A stretch of DNA of 64,000 bases from positions 34,313,394 to 34,377,393 of the forward strand of contig NC_081365.1 in the NCBI RefSeq assembly GCF_030684315.1, read 5' to 3'. Under the pieces are notes generated by a model. That model ran no database searches. It was not told the origin of the DNA and saw nothing but the letters and a program-made list of their open reading frames with translations. The position numbers and the translations under genes are program-made. The stretch's first letter is position 1, and every line of letters starts with the position of its first letter. This DNA comes from Stegostoma tigrinum. Taxonomy: Eukaryota. Positions 49,870 through 62,499 of this stretch are shown here, piece after piece.

Positions 49870-50103
49870 ACACACAAAAATGGATATTGCTGGAGGAACT
49901 CAGAAGTTCTGGCAGCATCTGTGGACAGAAAACGCAATTAGGTTTTTGAGTCCAGTAACTCTTCTCCAGATGAATCTGAAGAGGATTCATTAGAATTAAA
50001 ATGTTAACTCTGTTTTCTCTCCACTGATACTGCCAGACCTGCTAGGTTTCTTCATCAATGTCTGTTCTTGTGATTTTCAGATCTCCAGTATCTGCGGTTG
50101 TTT
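49870..50103. mobile_element. Old Penelope fold-back mini-element
   Basis: Diverged inverted arms meeting at ctccaga-tgaa-tctgaaga; similar old copies at about 39222-39385 and 62325-62490. Confidence 0.65.
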
Positions 50104-50580
50104 CTGTGATCAATCTGGCTATCTGGCTGCTTTATGATCAAATTAACTGACATTACTGGTCATTTAGTGCCTTACATTTGTTGCAAGTAGCTTTTTCTCA
50201 GTTAAAAACTAATGCAATGTGAATGTGACATTGCAGCATTGTTGGAAATATCAAAGGTTAAATCAATGCTTCAAGCATTAAAGGTAAAAAGCAGGTCTGT
50301 GAAATTGTGGAGATTCGGCTTTCTCCAGATGAACCAATTACTCTTTTCGTATTTCAGATCGTGATTGATTTTCAGTATTTCCTCAAAATTTCTGTTAGTT
50401 TAAAGCTTTAAAGCATAGTTGTATTGGTCCTATGCTGTCATGTTTTGTTATTTAATCAACTTGTAATTGTTCTGATAGGTATAAATAGATTGTAAAACAA
50501 ACACAATATTTCAAACATCATTGCTCTGTCTTCAATCATGTACATAGAATACAGGTAATACCTGCGTAAGTGCTTTTAAA

Positions 50581-50797
50581 GGGATAACGGGAACTGCAGA
50601 TGCTGGAGAATCCAAGATAACAAAGTGTGGAGCTGGATGAACACTGCAGGCCAAGCAGCATCTTAGGAGCACAAAAGCTGACGTTTCGGGCCTATACACT
50701 TTCTTCTGATGAATGGTCTTGGCCCAAAACGTCAGCTTTTGTGCTCCTAAGATGCTGCTTGGCCTGCTGTGTTCATCCAGCTCCACACTTTATTATC
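50581..50797. mobile_element. Penelope fold-back mini-element
   Basis: Inverted arms; TSD taagtgcttt(t)aaa at 50567-50580 and 50798-50810. Confidence 0.85.
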
Positions 50798-51964
50798 TAA
50801 GTGCTTTAAATCCTGGTTATGGCAATGTTGTAAGAGCAAAAAGTCAAATAAGCTATAACAACAACATGCATCTGGTTCAAAAATTGTGACTGAACATTGA
50901 ATTCAAAGTAATTCATCAGGATGGTTTAAAATTTGTGGGCACATTGTGTTAACCATTATGGAAACTGACAACAATTTTGCACCACAATCCAAAACATAAC
51001 CAGCACAAAGTATGCCATAGTTTAAGAATACTATAACTTAATAGCATTTTTGTTTTGGCACATCATAACTTCTGAAATGTGGTGTAACATAGATACTGGC
51101 AGAAAATTATGTCTGCAGGTGGTGTGTGAAAGCAAGGAATTGTGGTTGTAACAGCGAGTCTTCTAATACTCAACATAAGGCAAATCAAAAGTTGCTTCAT
51201 TGATATGTTTGCTTTCACTTGTTATATTTTATGCAACCACAGATTTTGAATAATTATTAATCACTTCTTTTGTTTTTGGTTTTCTAAAGACTATACTGTA
51301 ATCAAAATTTCTCTGTGTTATAGTAAATTAAAATTAGACTGACTGATATCTTTTGGGTTCAGACTGTTTAGCTATCTATTGCTTCCAATGCTTCCACAAT
51401 TGTACAAGCAGGAAAATCTGTTTAATCCTATATATTGAACAACATCTGTTCATAAAGTAGCTTCTTGCATTGTGATTCAGTTATTCAGTTTATTTCCTCC
51501 TCTGTAATTTCTAGAAAGAAAAGTTTTCTGAAATGTTTTGTAAGTTTCTGGAGGTCTACTTATATACAATGGTTTACATTTCATTTTATTATGATGCATC
51601 AGAGACCAGTGAGACCCTGTAAGTTCATTTATTTGGGTTACATGACTAAAATTAATACACAACTTAAACCAGTACTTCCAATATTCAACTCATAAAAGGT
51701 AACAACTTACATTCATTGCAAAAAAAAAGCCTTTAAGATATCCTGTAGGATTCACAACTTTTGGAAAAAAAAATTTCTAAACTTTAGAACTGCAGCATGA
51801 AATGAATTACTGCACTTCTATCAAAGAAGCATTTTTGCAACAAGTACTTTTCCATCAAATAAAACTTTTTAAAAAACACATTTAACACCTATGTGTGTGC
51901 CTTTGAAGAGTAATTAAATGCTCTACTAAGTGTTAAATCCTATTGCAATGTTTTAATAAATACA

Positions 51965-52945
51965 ATAGAGTTATAGGGTCGCGCAACAAGGAAACAGACC
52001 CTACAGACCACCAAGTTCACGCCGATCAAGTTTCCCAAACTGAACTAGTCCCATTTGCCTGCATTTGGTCCATTTCTCTTCAAACCTTTCCTATTCACGT
52101 ACCTATCCAAATGTATGTTAAATGTGCAACTGTACCTCCATCCACCACTTCTGCCCGCAGTTCATTCCACACATGAACCACTCTCTGGATAAAAAAATTT
52201 GCTCCTCGTCGTTTTTAAAATTTTATCCTCTCACTTTATAAAATATGGCCACTAGTTTTGAACTCCCTCACCCTAAGGAAAAAAACCCTGACTATTCATC
52301 CTATCTGTGCCCATCATAATTTTACAAGCCTCTGCAAAGTCACCTCCAACCTCCTACATGCAAATAAAAAAATGCCCCAGCCTATGCAGTCAATTTCATA
52401 GTATCCTTCCTATACAGGGGCAACCAGAACAGCACACAGTATTCCAGAAGAGGCCTCACCAATGTCCTGTACAACCTCAACACGGCATCCCAACTCCTAT
52501 ACTCAAAGATCTGAGCATTGAAGGCAAGTGTACTAAGCGCCTTCATAATGACCCTGTCTGCATGCGATGTAAATGTCAAGGAATTATGTACCTGAATCCC
52601 TAGGTCTCTCTATTCTACAATACCACCCCAGGGCCTACCCATTCACTGTATAAGTTCTGCCCTGGTTTATTTTGTCAAAATGCAAAACTTTGCATTTATC
52701 CAAATTAATCTTCATCTGCCACTCTTCAGCACATTAACCCAAATGATTAACCTTCTTTACCATACCATCAATTTTGGTGTCATCTGCAAAGTTGCTAACC
52801 ATGCCTCCTATATTCTCATCCAAATAGTTTATATAAATGACAAACAAAAGTGCACCCAGTACCTATCCTGTGGAACACCACTGGTCGCAGGTGTCCAGAA
52901 TGATAAACCCTCCAGCACCACCCTCTATCTCCTACCATCAAACCA
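51965..52945 (-). mobile_element. CR1 3' fragment
   Basis: LRLYRTLVRPLLEYCV.FW.P trace. Confidence 0.8.
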
Positions 52946-54732
52946 AGAATACTATTTAAAATAAAACCTTGGTTTTATGCACAGTTGCTGGCCGGACATA
53001 CAGGCTATAATCATGAACAATCTTCATGCAGATGAAGCACTCTTTGTAAGTTCTGAACATCGACGTAATTACTGAAACTTGAGCCGCTGTAACTTTGGGA
53101 AATCTGTAGGATGGAATGGAGGTAGCAGGAGACTTCAAATGGACATATTCTTCACTGACTACACATGAAGTGGGTTACTATGTAGGCCCATATGAAACAA
53201 ATGAAATCTAAAACTGTTCTCCCACATACATTGTATTGGTCCTCCCTATATGGCATCCATATAAAAGCTATGCAAGAAGTCCCACATTATAGTATTATGC
53301 ATACATTTAGCGTAGATGCACAGCTGAACTACATTGAACGTGCAGGTAAGCGGCAATCTAAAAGCAGTTTAGACTGAGCAACTAATGTACAGCGTAGTTC
53401 TCAATATTCACCTGATGAACAGTCCTGAAAGTTAGTGTCTGCAACTTGGGAACGATGTTACTTCTGCTAAAGGGATGAAAGCAAACGCAGCACTGACAGT
53501 GGCCAGGTAAAAGTCACAAAACTAAATAGCGAACGAAGTGAACCAACGCGCCTGCGGTTTGCACTAATAACCTTCGAAGTCCATTGCCAGAGATGCACAG
53601 CTCAGAAGATAAAGTTTGAACACAACATGCGAAGTGTTTAGTGTAATCTGCAGCGAGTACGTCAACAGGGCGAGTTTGCAATACCAGCAGCCCCTTGCAC
53701 TGTACGTTGCTCAAGTATAAAAACCGGGAAAATATTTCAGCTTCAGAGGCTAAATTAAAATAACGCATTGTTTATCATGCGTCACTTTCACATGTCTATG
53801 GAGAGCCACATTTAAACAAAACCCAATGAATTTTGGGGCTTATTTTGCTGGAAGCTTGAACTACTCCGAAAATTACCTGTTCCAAATACGGTGTGGCATC
53901 AATATTCCGATATTGGATCTGTTTTTGTTTTTCAAAACTGCTGGGGGGCGGAGGGAGTTAAACTCCAGATATCACAATACTTAAACTTTAGTAATATTCT
54001 CTCCAACCAATTGAACTCTGAAATGGCAACTTGCATCCTTTCTTTATTTTTCCAAAAAAATCAGTTTTTAAGTTAAAAAAAATGGAAATTTAATCTCATT
54101 TGTTACCAATGAATTCGCCACTATGTTTATTTTGTGATTCATTATGCCAGATCACACCTTTATTTTAAAACTATCCGCTTTACCTTCAAATGTCTGGCCC
54201 TCAATTCAGTCAAAATTGTTTCTATACTTTTTTCTTTAGTTGCCACTTTCAAGCACATGCTGCTTAAATAGTATTTCATTTGCTAACTTAGTGTGAAAAA
54301 ATAAACAATATGTTGAACACCCAGCACATTCACAGGGGCAGTTAGCGATGGGCGATAAGCCAACGATATCCACACCCTATGAATGAATAAAACAAAATTT
54401 CTTTTCAATGCAGGCAAATGCTGCGAAACTTTGATACATTACGCAAATTATTAAATAAAGCTTTTTCTCTTTTTTAAAAATAGCTCACGTAAATAGTTCA
54501 AAAAGCGCTGTAAAATATATTGGCTTTTGGCTTTTGACAGAAACAGTTTACGTGATATCCACGGTGCATGGTGACGAGGGCATTGTGCTGCGGAATAGGT
54601 GGAAATGGCTTCAGTGGTTAGGAGAGTTATACTCTTTCTATCAGTAATGGCCTGACCTTAGTAGAAGAACCTCAATACAATCAAATTAAACATATTTAAT
54701 ATCTTAAACCAAATCATTACCTTGCAGGAAAT

Positions 54733-54764
54733 ATTTGCATTGTTATTTCACACTTCATTTGCAT
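54733..54764 (-). promoter_or_regulatory. Paired octamer motifs (ATGCAAAT x2)
   Basis: atttgcat at 54733-54740 and 54757-54764 in non-repeat DNA. Confidence 0.35.
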
Positions 54765-55351
54765 CAAAGCTTTTCTAAATTAATTTATACCTACTGCCCT
54801 GCAACAAAAAAGTGAAGCATTATGATCACATTTTGTGATTCAGGGAATAATCATGTGATTTTGTACAATTTATGAATTCCAAAATATATTGCTGTATTAT
54901 TTGTGGGTTATCTGACAGAAAACAAGTATTCCGAAGACCTCAAATGTAATTCAGTTATAATTTGTGCTCCTTACAAAACAAAATACTGTTATGACATACT
55001 GTTAATCTCCTTCAGCAGATTACATAATGAAACTATATCTAACCAAAACAATTGAAACAGAAGTAGGTTTTGGTCAACTTCATTAGCAGAAACACCCAAT
55101 GCAACATCTCACAGCTCCACATGACCTTGTATAATTGGAGCATTTCTGCTGCTTTGCCGATCGAGATAAGTGAATTAATCTCTTCATTGAAGCACCACAC
55201 CAGTTTATGCGTAATTTTAGTTTGCACTGCTAATTAATGTTAAAAAAATTAAGTAGGTCAAGTATGATTGAGCAATACGATTTGGCCTAAATTTGAAAGT
55301 AGCCCTTTTTTATGTTCCTTTTCTATTTGAATTCACAAGTTGTAAAAAAAT

Positions 55352-56145
55352 TGGAAAAACCATAAGAACTGTGGATGCTGTAAATCAGGAACAAAAACAA
55401 AGTTGTTGGAAAAACTCAGCAGGTCTGGCAGCATCTGTGAAGGAGAAAACAGAGTCAACATTTCGGGTTCTGAGGAAGGGTCATGGAAGAGGGATTGTTC
55501 CACATAACGTACAAAGAGGCAGGCATAGCTTGGGCCCATGTGGGTATCCACGGCCAACCCCTTTGTCTGTAGGAAATGGGAGGAATTGAAAGGGAAGTTG
55601 TTGAGGGTGAGGACGAATTCAGCGAGGTGGATGAGGGTGTCAGTGGAGGGGGACTAGTCAGGCCTGTGGGACAGGAAGAAGCAGAGGTCCTTTAGGCCAT
55701 CTGCATGGGGAATGCAGGTGTATGGGGACTGGATGTCCATGGTGAAAATGAGATGTTGTGGATTGTGGAATTGGAAGTTCTGGAGGAGGTGGAGGGCGTG
55801 GGTGGTGTCACGGATGTAGGTAGGGACTTCCCGGGGAGAAAATGAAATCAGGATAGGTGGAGATAAGTTCAGTGGGGCAGGAGCAGGCAGAGACAATGCG
55901 TCGACCAGGGAAGTCAGGTTTGTGGATTTTGGGAAGGAGATAGAAGTGGCTGGTGTGTGGTTGGGGAACGATGAGGCTGGAGACTGTGGGTGGGAGGTCA
56001 CCTGAAGTAATGAGGTTGTGGATGGTTTGGGAGATGATGGTTTGGTGGTCGGGGGGGTGGGGTCATGATCAAGGGGGTGGTGGGAGGAGGTGTTGGAGAG
56101 TTGGCGCCTGGCCTCAGCATGTAGAGGTCAGTGCGCCATACTACA
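55352..56145 (-). mobile_element. Penelope (Neptune-type) RT fragment fused to its 3' terminus
   Basis: TYIRDTTHALHLLQNFQF…IFTMDIQS.YTCIPHADGL and HMGPSYACLFV.YVEQSLF, joined directly to the hammerhead-bearing end. Confidence 0.85.
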
Positions 56146-56470
56146 CACAATTTTTCTCATTCTCCACATTCTGAAGAATAACCATGGCCCTTGGCAATAT
56201 TCAAACTCTCATAAATATATATTTATAGATCATTAGAAATGGTAAATGGAACATGTGGACATTTCCTGGGTAGCAAAGAATTTAGCATGTGATTTCTTGG
56301 AACTCAAAAGCCACAAGAGAACTGGAGATTGTCTGCTGTTTACAAATGTCAATCAGTTTTCTGGAGAGCACAAGCCAAAATTTTTGAGAGAGAGATAGAA
56401 GTCGGAATTTATTACATTAGTTGTTCAGCAAACAGACTTTGAAAACACCCTAAGGAGATGTGCTGTTTGT

Positions 56471-57270
56471 CGATGTTGGTGTATTCACTGAGCTGGGAGG
56501 TTTGATAGCAGATGTTTTATCCCCTTACTAGGTGATATCATCAATGCTGTGGAGCCTCCATTGAAACACCATTTCCTTGTGCTGGTTTGAATTTACATGG
56601 TCTGGTTTTTGCTGCTTTCAGTAGGTGCCCATTCCAGTTGTGCGTTGTAATGGTCGGTATATCGGGTCGAATTCAATGTGCTTGTTGATGGAGTCTGTGG
56701 ATGAATGCCAAGCCTCCAAGAATTCCCCAGCTGTCCTCTGTTTGGCTTATCCAATGTTAGTAGTGTTGTCCCAGCTGAAAGAGTAGTTTTTCTCATCTGT
56801 GTGTGTTGAAACTAAGGACATCGTTTAGTTGCTAGCTGGTGTTTGTGGATTTGGGTTGCTAGTTGTCTGCCTAATTGTCCCACATAGTGTTTTGTGCAGT
56901 CTCCACATTGTATCTTGTCAACTACATTTGTCCTGTCCACAGTATCTGTTGGGTCTTTAACCCTGGTCAGTTGCTATCTCAGTGTGGCTGCCTGTTTGTG
57001 TGCTGTCATGATTTCTAGTGGTCTGAGTAGTCTGGCAGTCAGTTCTGAGGTGTTTTTAAAAATGGTTTGGTGGCTATTGTTTCAGGTTTAAATTCAATAG
57101 AAATATAAATTCAAACCAGCACAAGACAACAATGCTTCACAGGAGACTGCGCAGCACTGAGGATGTCACCTAGTAGGGGTAGGAAACGTCTGCTATCAAA
57201 GCTCCCAGCTCAGCGAACACGCCAACATCTACAAACAGCATCCGAGCTACAATCTTCACTCAAACCCTGA
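56471..57270 (-). mobile_element. Penelope (Poseidon-like) GIY-YIG fragment with inverted terminal copy
   Basis: Minus-strand trace NVV.KIQCGDC.KHYVGQ.GR.LAT.I..H…EFLEAWHS..SINKHIEFDPIY; inverted arm at about 57105-57270; TSD agatg(t/a)gctgtttgt at 56456-56470 and 57271-57285. Confidence 0.85.
57153..57194 (+). ncRNA. Minimal hammerhead motif (Poseidon-like family)
   Basis: AGCA-CUGAGGA-U-GUCACC-UAGUA-GGGGUAG-GAAAC-GUC-UGCU; 4-bp stem I, decayed stem II. Confidence 0.55.
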
Positions 57271-57879
57271 AGATGAGCTGTTTGTTGCTTAGCAACAGCC
57301 CCTGGACTGAGGTGCTGGATGTTTTTCCAACACATAACCTAGATGTGGCAGCTGCTGGAGAGGTTTGCAAGGAAAGAATCTCTCAATGAAGCATTTGTGA
57401 ATCCCAAAATTTCAAACATCAGTGTTCCAAGCTGTTTCCCAGCTGAATCTGAAGTCTAGTCTGGAGATCTTTAATTGGTCTGCGAACGCCAGAAATTGGA
57501 CTGGAATCAAAAGGAACTGTACAAATTCAACCCATTCCATTGTGTGCACGCGAACTTTGAACTACAGAGAAGTTTTTCTGCCAATTCCTTTCTTGCCCAA
57601 TAGTACCTCTGCAGAGTTGTGACATCTTGTCCTGTCTCTGTATGAATGATTGTGAATTTTAGATGCAGGGAAATATACTTTAATCCAGATAATGGATTTG
57701 CTTCTTACAAGAATACATTATGCCTTTAGGAAATGTTATTTTTGTGTATTGAAGCAACCTGATAAAAGTCTCTTTTGTTCTAACTGTAGTAAAAAGAAGC
57801 AAGTTGACTATTTTGGCAAATAAGTGAGACACTTACACTTTTACTGTAGCTTTTGGAATATGGGTGCTTAATTTCCAGC

Positions 57880-58430
57880 CCACTCCTGGAAATATTGTGT
57901 AGATTTCTGATCACCACACAACTAGAAGGATCTGAATGCTTTGAAGAGGGAGGAGAAAATGTTGACCAGGATGTTGCCTGGTATGGGCGATTTTAGCTAT
58001 GAAGAAAGATTGAATCGACTGGTTTTGTTTTCACTGGAATGCAGGAAGTTGAGGGGCAACCTGCTAGAAGTTTGTAAGGTTGTAAATGGCCTGGACAGAG
58101 TGGAAAGTATGAGGCTTTTTCCCAGGGAGGAGAAGTCCATTACTAAGGGACACAGGTTCAAAGTGCAAGGAGGGAAGTTTAAAAGAGATGTGCAAGGCAC
58201 GTTTTTCACACAAAGAGTGGTGAGTCACCTAGGAATGCACTGCCAGAGGAGGTGGTGGAAGCAGACATAATAGTAGCATTCAAGAAACACTGGATAAATA
58301 CTTGAATAGGAAGGAATAGAGCAATACGAACCTTGTAAGTGAAGACAGTTTTAGTTTGGAAGGGCAAAATGTGTCAATCCAGGCTTGGAGGTCCAAAGGG
58401 GCCACGTTTCTGTGCTGTATTGTTATTTTG
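57880..58430 (+). mobile_element. CR1 3' fragment
   Basis: TRMLPGM..FSYEERL.RL.LFSLE.RKLRG…TKGHRFKV. Confidence 0.85.
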
Positions 58431-58596
58431 TTCTTTGTACCTCTAATCAGGGTCACGATACAACTCAATTAAACAATAAAAGAAGTAAAAAGAAGTAAAA
58501 AATCACTTCAAACCCAGAAGTCCTTGGTGCTAAAAATTGCTTTAATCTTAGAATTACCTTCTGATTTATGGTGAAAATGAACAATGAGAAAAAGGG

Positions 58597-58760
58597 GTAA
58601 TAGGAACTGCAGATGCTGGAGAATCCAAGATAACAAGTTGTGGAGCTGGATGAACAAAGCAGGCCCTTCATCAAGGGTCTAGGCCCAAAACATCAGCTTT
58701 TGTGCTCCTAAGATGCTGCTTGGCCTGTTGTGTTCATCCAGCTCCACACCTTGTTATCTA
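58597..58760. mobile_element. Penelope fold-back mini-element
   Basis: Inverted arms; TSD aatgaga(a/g)aaaggg at 58583-58596 and 58762-58775. Confidence 0.8.
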
Positions 58761-59625
58761 TAATGAGAGAAAGGGACTGCCCATTCAAGGCACAGCCATT
58801 ACAAGTCTACTGTAATCATTCAAAGATCATAATTAATTCCGTTAAATTTTTGCAAACATCTTTTGCGGTTCCATAACTGAGAGTGAATGGTTAAGGAAAT
58901 GTCAATTAGTCCTCAGCTTTTCAATTTATTTCTGCCATTAAACCCACAATCATCCCAGACCCAGAATGACCTGGGCAATAGTGAGTCAGTTGAGAAAGCA
59001 TGGCAAGGTCAGAAAAATGAGATTCTCAATGTCAAGAAAATACTCTGATTTTGACAAGGAGATGAGATGAGAATCTCGTCATTGAGCAGCAAGAGGCCTA
59101 TTTCCATGAATTTACATTTCAATAGTGCCTGATCTTGGCTTATTATTAATGTAATTTCCATTCTCTCACAGCACAGAGAAACCAGATGGTAATATTTGCT
59201 GACATTGTAGTCAGAGTGGGTTCCTGGTTGTTCTAATCTGCCTCTTTCTCCTTCGGCCCTCCATTTTAGATAGCAGTCTCTAACATATCAGAATGCTCTC
59301 CCCAGGCAGCAACAGTTTGTGCTCCCATTGTATAAAGATTGATGTTGCATATGCACCAGCCTCACCACAGCAACAGGGGACATCTCTGATTCATTTAGAA
59401 TACAATTGTCTACTTCAGTACTCCTCTTTGGCATGCACCAACAACTTGTCATCCTCCTTGAGCAACCCACACGGTGTTGACTCTGGTGTACCCATGTCAC
59501 AGCTAGCGATTGTCCAGATCAATCCCAGCTTTACATGCATCTTGCAATACTTCTGACTCCCCAAACATTAATACTAGACTATGGAACACTGATTTGAACT
59601 GATTCAACCCCCGCTAATCCAGACT

Positions 59626-59830
59626 CAGAGATAGCAAGAACTGCCGATGCTGGAGTCAGAGACAACACAGTGTGGAGCTGGAGGAACACAGCAGGCCAGG
59701 CAGCATCAGAGGAGCAGGAAAGTTGACAGAAAATTTTCTGAAGAAGGGTCCTGACCCACAACGTCAACTTTCCTGTTCCTCTGATTCTGCCTGGCCTGCG
59801 GTGTTCCTCCAGCTCCACACTGTGTTGTTT
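59626..59830. mobile_element. Penelope fold-back mini-element (CUGAAGA family)
   Basis: Inverted arms; TSD ctaatccag(g)act at 59614-59625 and 59831-59843. Confidence 0.8.
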
Positions 59831-60139
59831 CTAATCCAGGACTATTTTCATAAACAAATTCCTCTGAAGCAAATTGTCATCAGGTAAATGCTCATGGCCA
59901 AGGTCGCTGCTCAGATAGGGGGATAATGGTTAGGTGGGTGGGTCCATAACTTGTTGAGTTGGTGATTTTGGGGCAAACAATGGTTTACAATTACATTTTT
60001 TTGTGTCACATTTTTCCAAAACATTTGGGAACCATAAGATCCTGGCATGGTAATCCAAATTGCAATGTTTTAATTGGAATAATATATTTAAAGCCTCATT
60101 TCCATTTGTCAAAATCAATTTAGTAGCTTTTGCCAAGTT

Positions 60140-60620
60140 CTTTTTCTTGGCGAGAAGAAGGCTAAGAGAAGATTTGATAGGTGTTTTCAAAATCATGAGA
60201 GGGTTGGTTACAGTAGATAAGGAGAAGGTGCTTATTTTGGTAAAAGGAACAAGAATGAGAGGCCTAGATAACAAAGTGTGAAGCTGGATGAACACAGTAG
60301 GCCAAGCAGCATCTCAGGAGCACAAAAGCTGATGTTTCGGGTCCAGACCCTTCATCAGAGAGAGTGTTGATTTATAGTGATGCACAAAAGAAGCGAGGGC
60401 GATGAGAGAAAAATGTTTTCCCTCAGAGGATAGTTAAGGCATGGGATGCACTGCCTGGGTGTGTGGTGGAGGCAGGTTCAATTGAAGCATTCAAGAGGGA
60501 GTTGGATGATTATTTGGATAGAAATAATCTGCAACTGTATAGAGAAATAGCAGGGAATTGGCATTAGGCAATGATCGTCATTTGAGGAGCCAACACAGGC
60601 ATAATGGACTGAATGGTCTC
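60140..60620 (+). mobile_element. CR1 3' fragment with nested Penelope monomer (60266-60362, minus strand)
   Basis: RRRLREDLIGVFKIMRGL trace; the insert carries CUGAUGA-A-GGGUC-UG-GACCC-GAAAC-AUC. Confidence 0.75.
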
Positions 60621-62499
60621 CTGGCTAAATGCTAGCAAGTAGAACTGGATTTATGTAGGATATCTGGTCAGCATCGATAACTTGGACTGAAAAGTCTGTT
60701 TCTGTGCTGTAGATCTCTATGATCAGTGTTGAATGTGGTATTAATTCCAATTTTGATCCATGAAGTAAGGCAAATGGCAGTGTTATAAATATTGAATCAG
60801 TTATGATTGCAACTAAAACCAATAAAGATTTGGAAAGTTTTTTTTCTTTAGCAAAGATAGTAGGAGAGGCGATAGCCAAGTATGAAGTGATGTGTTTAAG
60901 CTCGAAGGTTATCTCGTATCAATGGTTAATTTATATACAGGATACATGTTGTGAATTATAGCATTACCTCATAAGCTCTGTACTGCTACAATTCAAAAAC
61001 CAGAACAAATTGGCTTAAAATTGTAGCATTCAACAAGCCACTTTAATTTTATCAAAGTCCACTGGTTTTGTTTTCATTACTAAAGCACTTTGTTGGCCCA
61101 CATGGGATTAATGCTATTAATGTTGCAATGACATGCACACATTAAGAAGGAAAGCCTGAGCAGACACCTGAGTGAATCAAAGAAAGCATACATAACTGAG
61201 GTGAGTTGGAGTCTGTCCATATGTAAGTCATTTAACTAAAACCATATGTACATTCTAATCTAAAAAGAAGACCTCATTAATTCACCTCTTGAACATTAAT
61301 TATTTCCAGTAGTATGAACACATTTATTTCTCATCTTTGCCTGTGTGAAAAATGGCCAGATTTTATGTCAGGTGTTACAGGAGACCAAATCTGATGCCAA
61401 AAGTGAAGTAGAAATACAACGTGGAAATGCTGGTATAATCTGCATGCACTCGTAGTAAGAAATGCATGATAAATGCAGACATGCCAGCAGTGGGCCAGTT
61501 TCAGTATGGAGCCAGTTGGAACACAACCCTCTTGGCACCACGTTTGGACAGGATTTGACAATTTCCTGCCAAAGGGCGAGGGATGGCCAGGGAAATTCTC
61601 TGGGTGGCTTTTTCACATTTCTCTCTCCTGCCCCCGATACGTCCACCATTTTATTTGGGGTGGACAAAGCTCTGCGTAGTCCAAGCGCCCTTGCCCTAAT
61701 TGAGGATCTTACATGTGCAATCGTTTGGCATTTCAGAGCAGCTGAATTTCTGACTTTCCTTTTGAAGCTGCTGGAAGGATCATCGCCCTGCTTGAAACAG
61801 TGAGGAGCTCCCTCCCTGCCCCTTTCCACATGAGGGCACAGGGGACGATTAAATAGGTTATTAACTTGGGGGAAGAGGCTCTCCCCCACTTTTACTTGAT
61901 TGCAGCCTTAGTAATATAAAGTAGAGGTGAGGTGAAGCCCTTCAATATCTGTGCAATGTCTCCATTTCATAGAGTCAAAGAGATATACAGCACGGAAACA
62001 GACCCTTTGGTCCAACTTGACCCTTGGTCCCTTTTAAATCTTTAAATTTCAGGCAGATTAAGACAGAGGATGTGGGAGTGGGGGCTTGGCTGCAGATAGA
62101 TTGCCCTCTGAATTTTGCATGCATCCTCACCTTAAAGTAGAGCGGTGGTGGCAGCATAAAATATAGCCCCTGAGTGACCTCAGGATGCGAAAACCAACAC
62201 AATGTATGGCATGCTTCAGGTGCAGACTGAATATTTGCTATATTGGACCACTCAGTGCCTGTTTCTAACCAAGAAGGAGGTTGAGACCATCGAGTACCAA
62301 ATTTATTAAGAGAAAGATAAAAAAAATGTTTGAAATACTCAGGTTGAGATGAATTTATGCATTGACCTGAAACATTAACTCTGCTTCACTCTACTGATGT
62401 TGATTGACCTACTGGGTATTGACCTATGGGGTCTAGCATGCATTGTTTTCATTTCAAATTTCTACCATCTGCAGTATTTTGCTTTGTATTAATACCCTC

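Noticed and set aside
61368-61889. Overlapping 173-aa (-) and 113-aa (+) ORFs
   Set aside because: No recognisable domain or splice context; moderately GC-rich, probably a transposon remnant.
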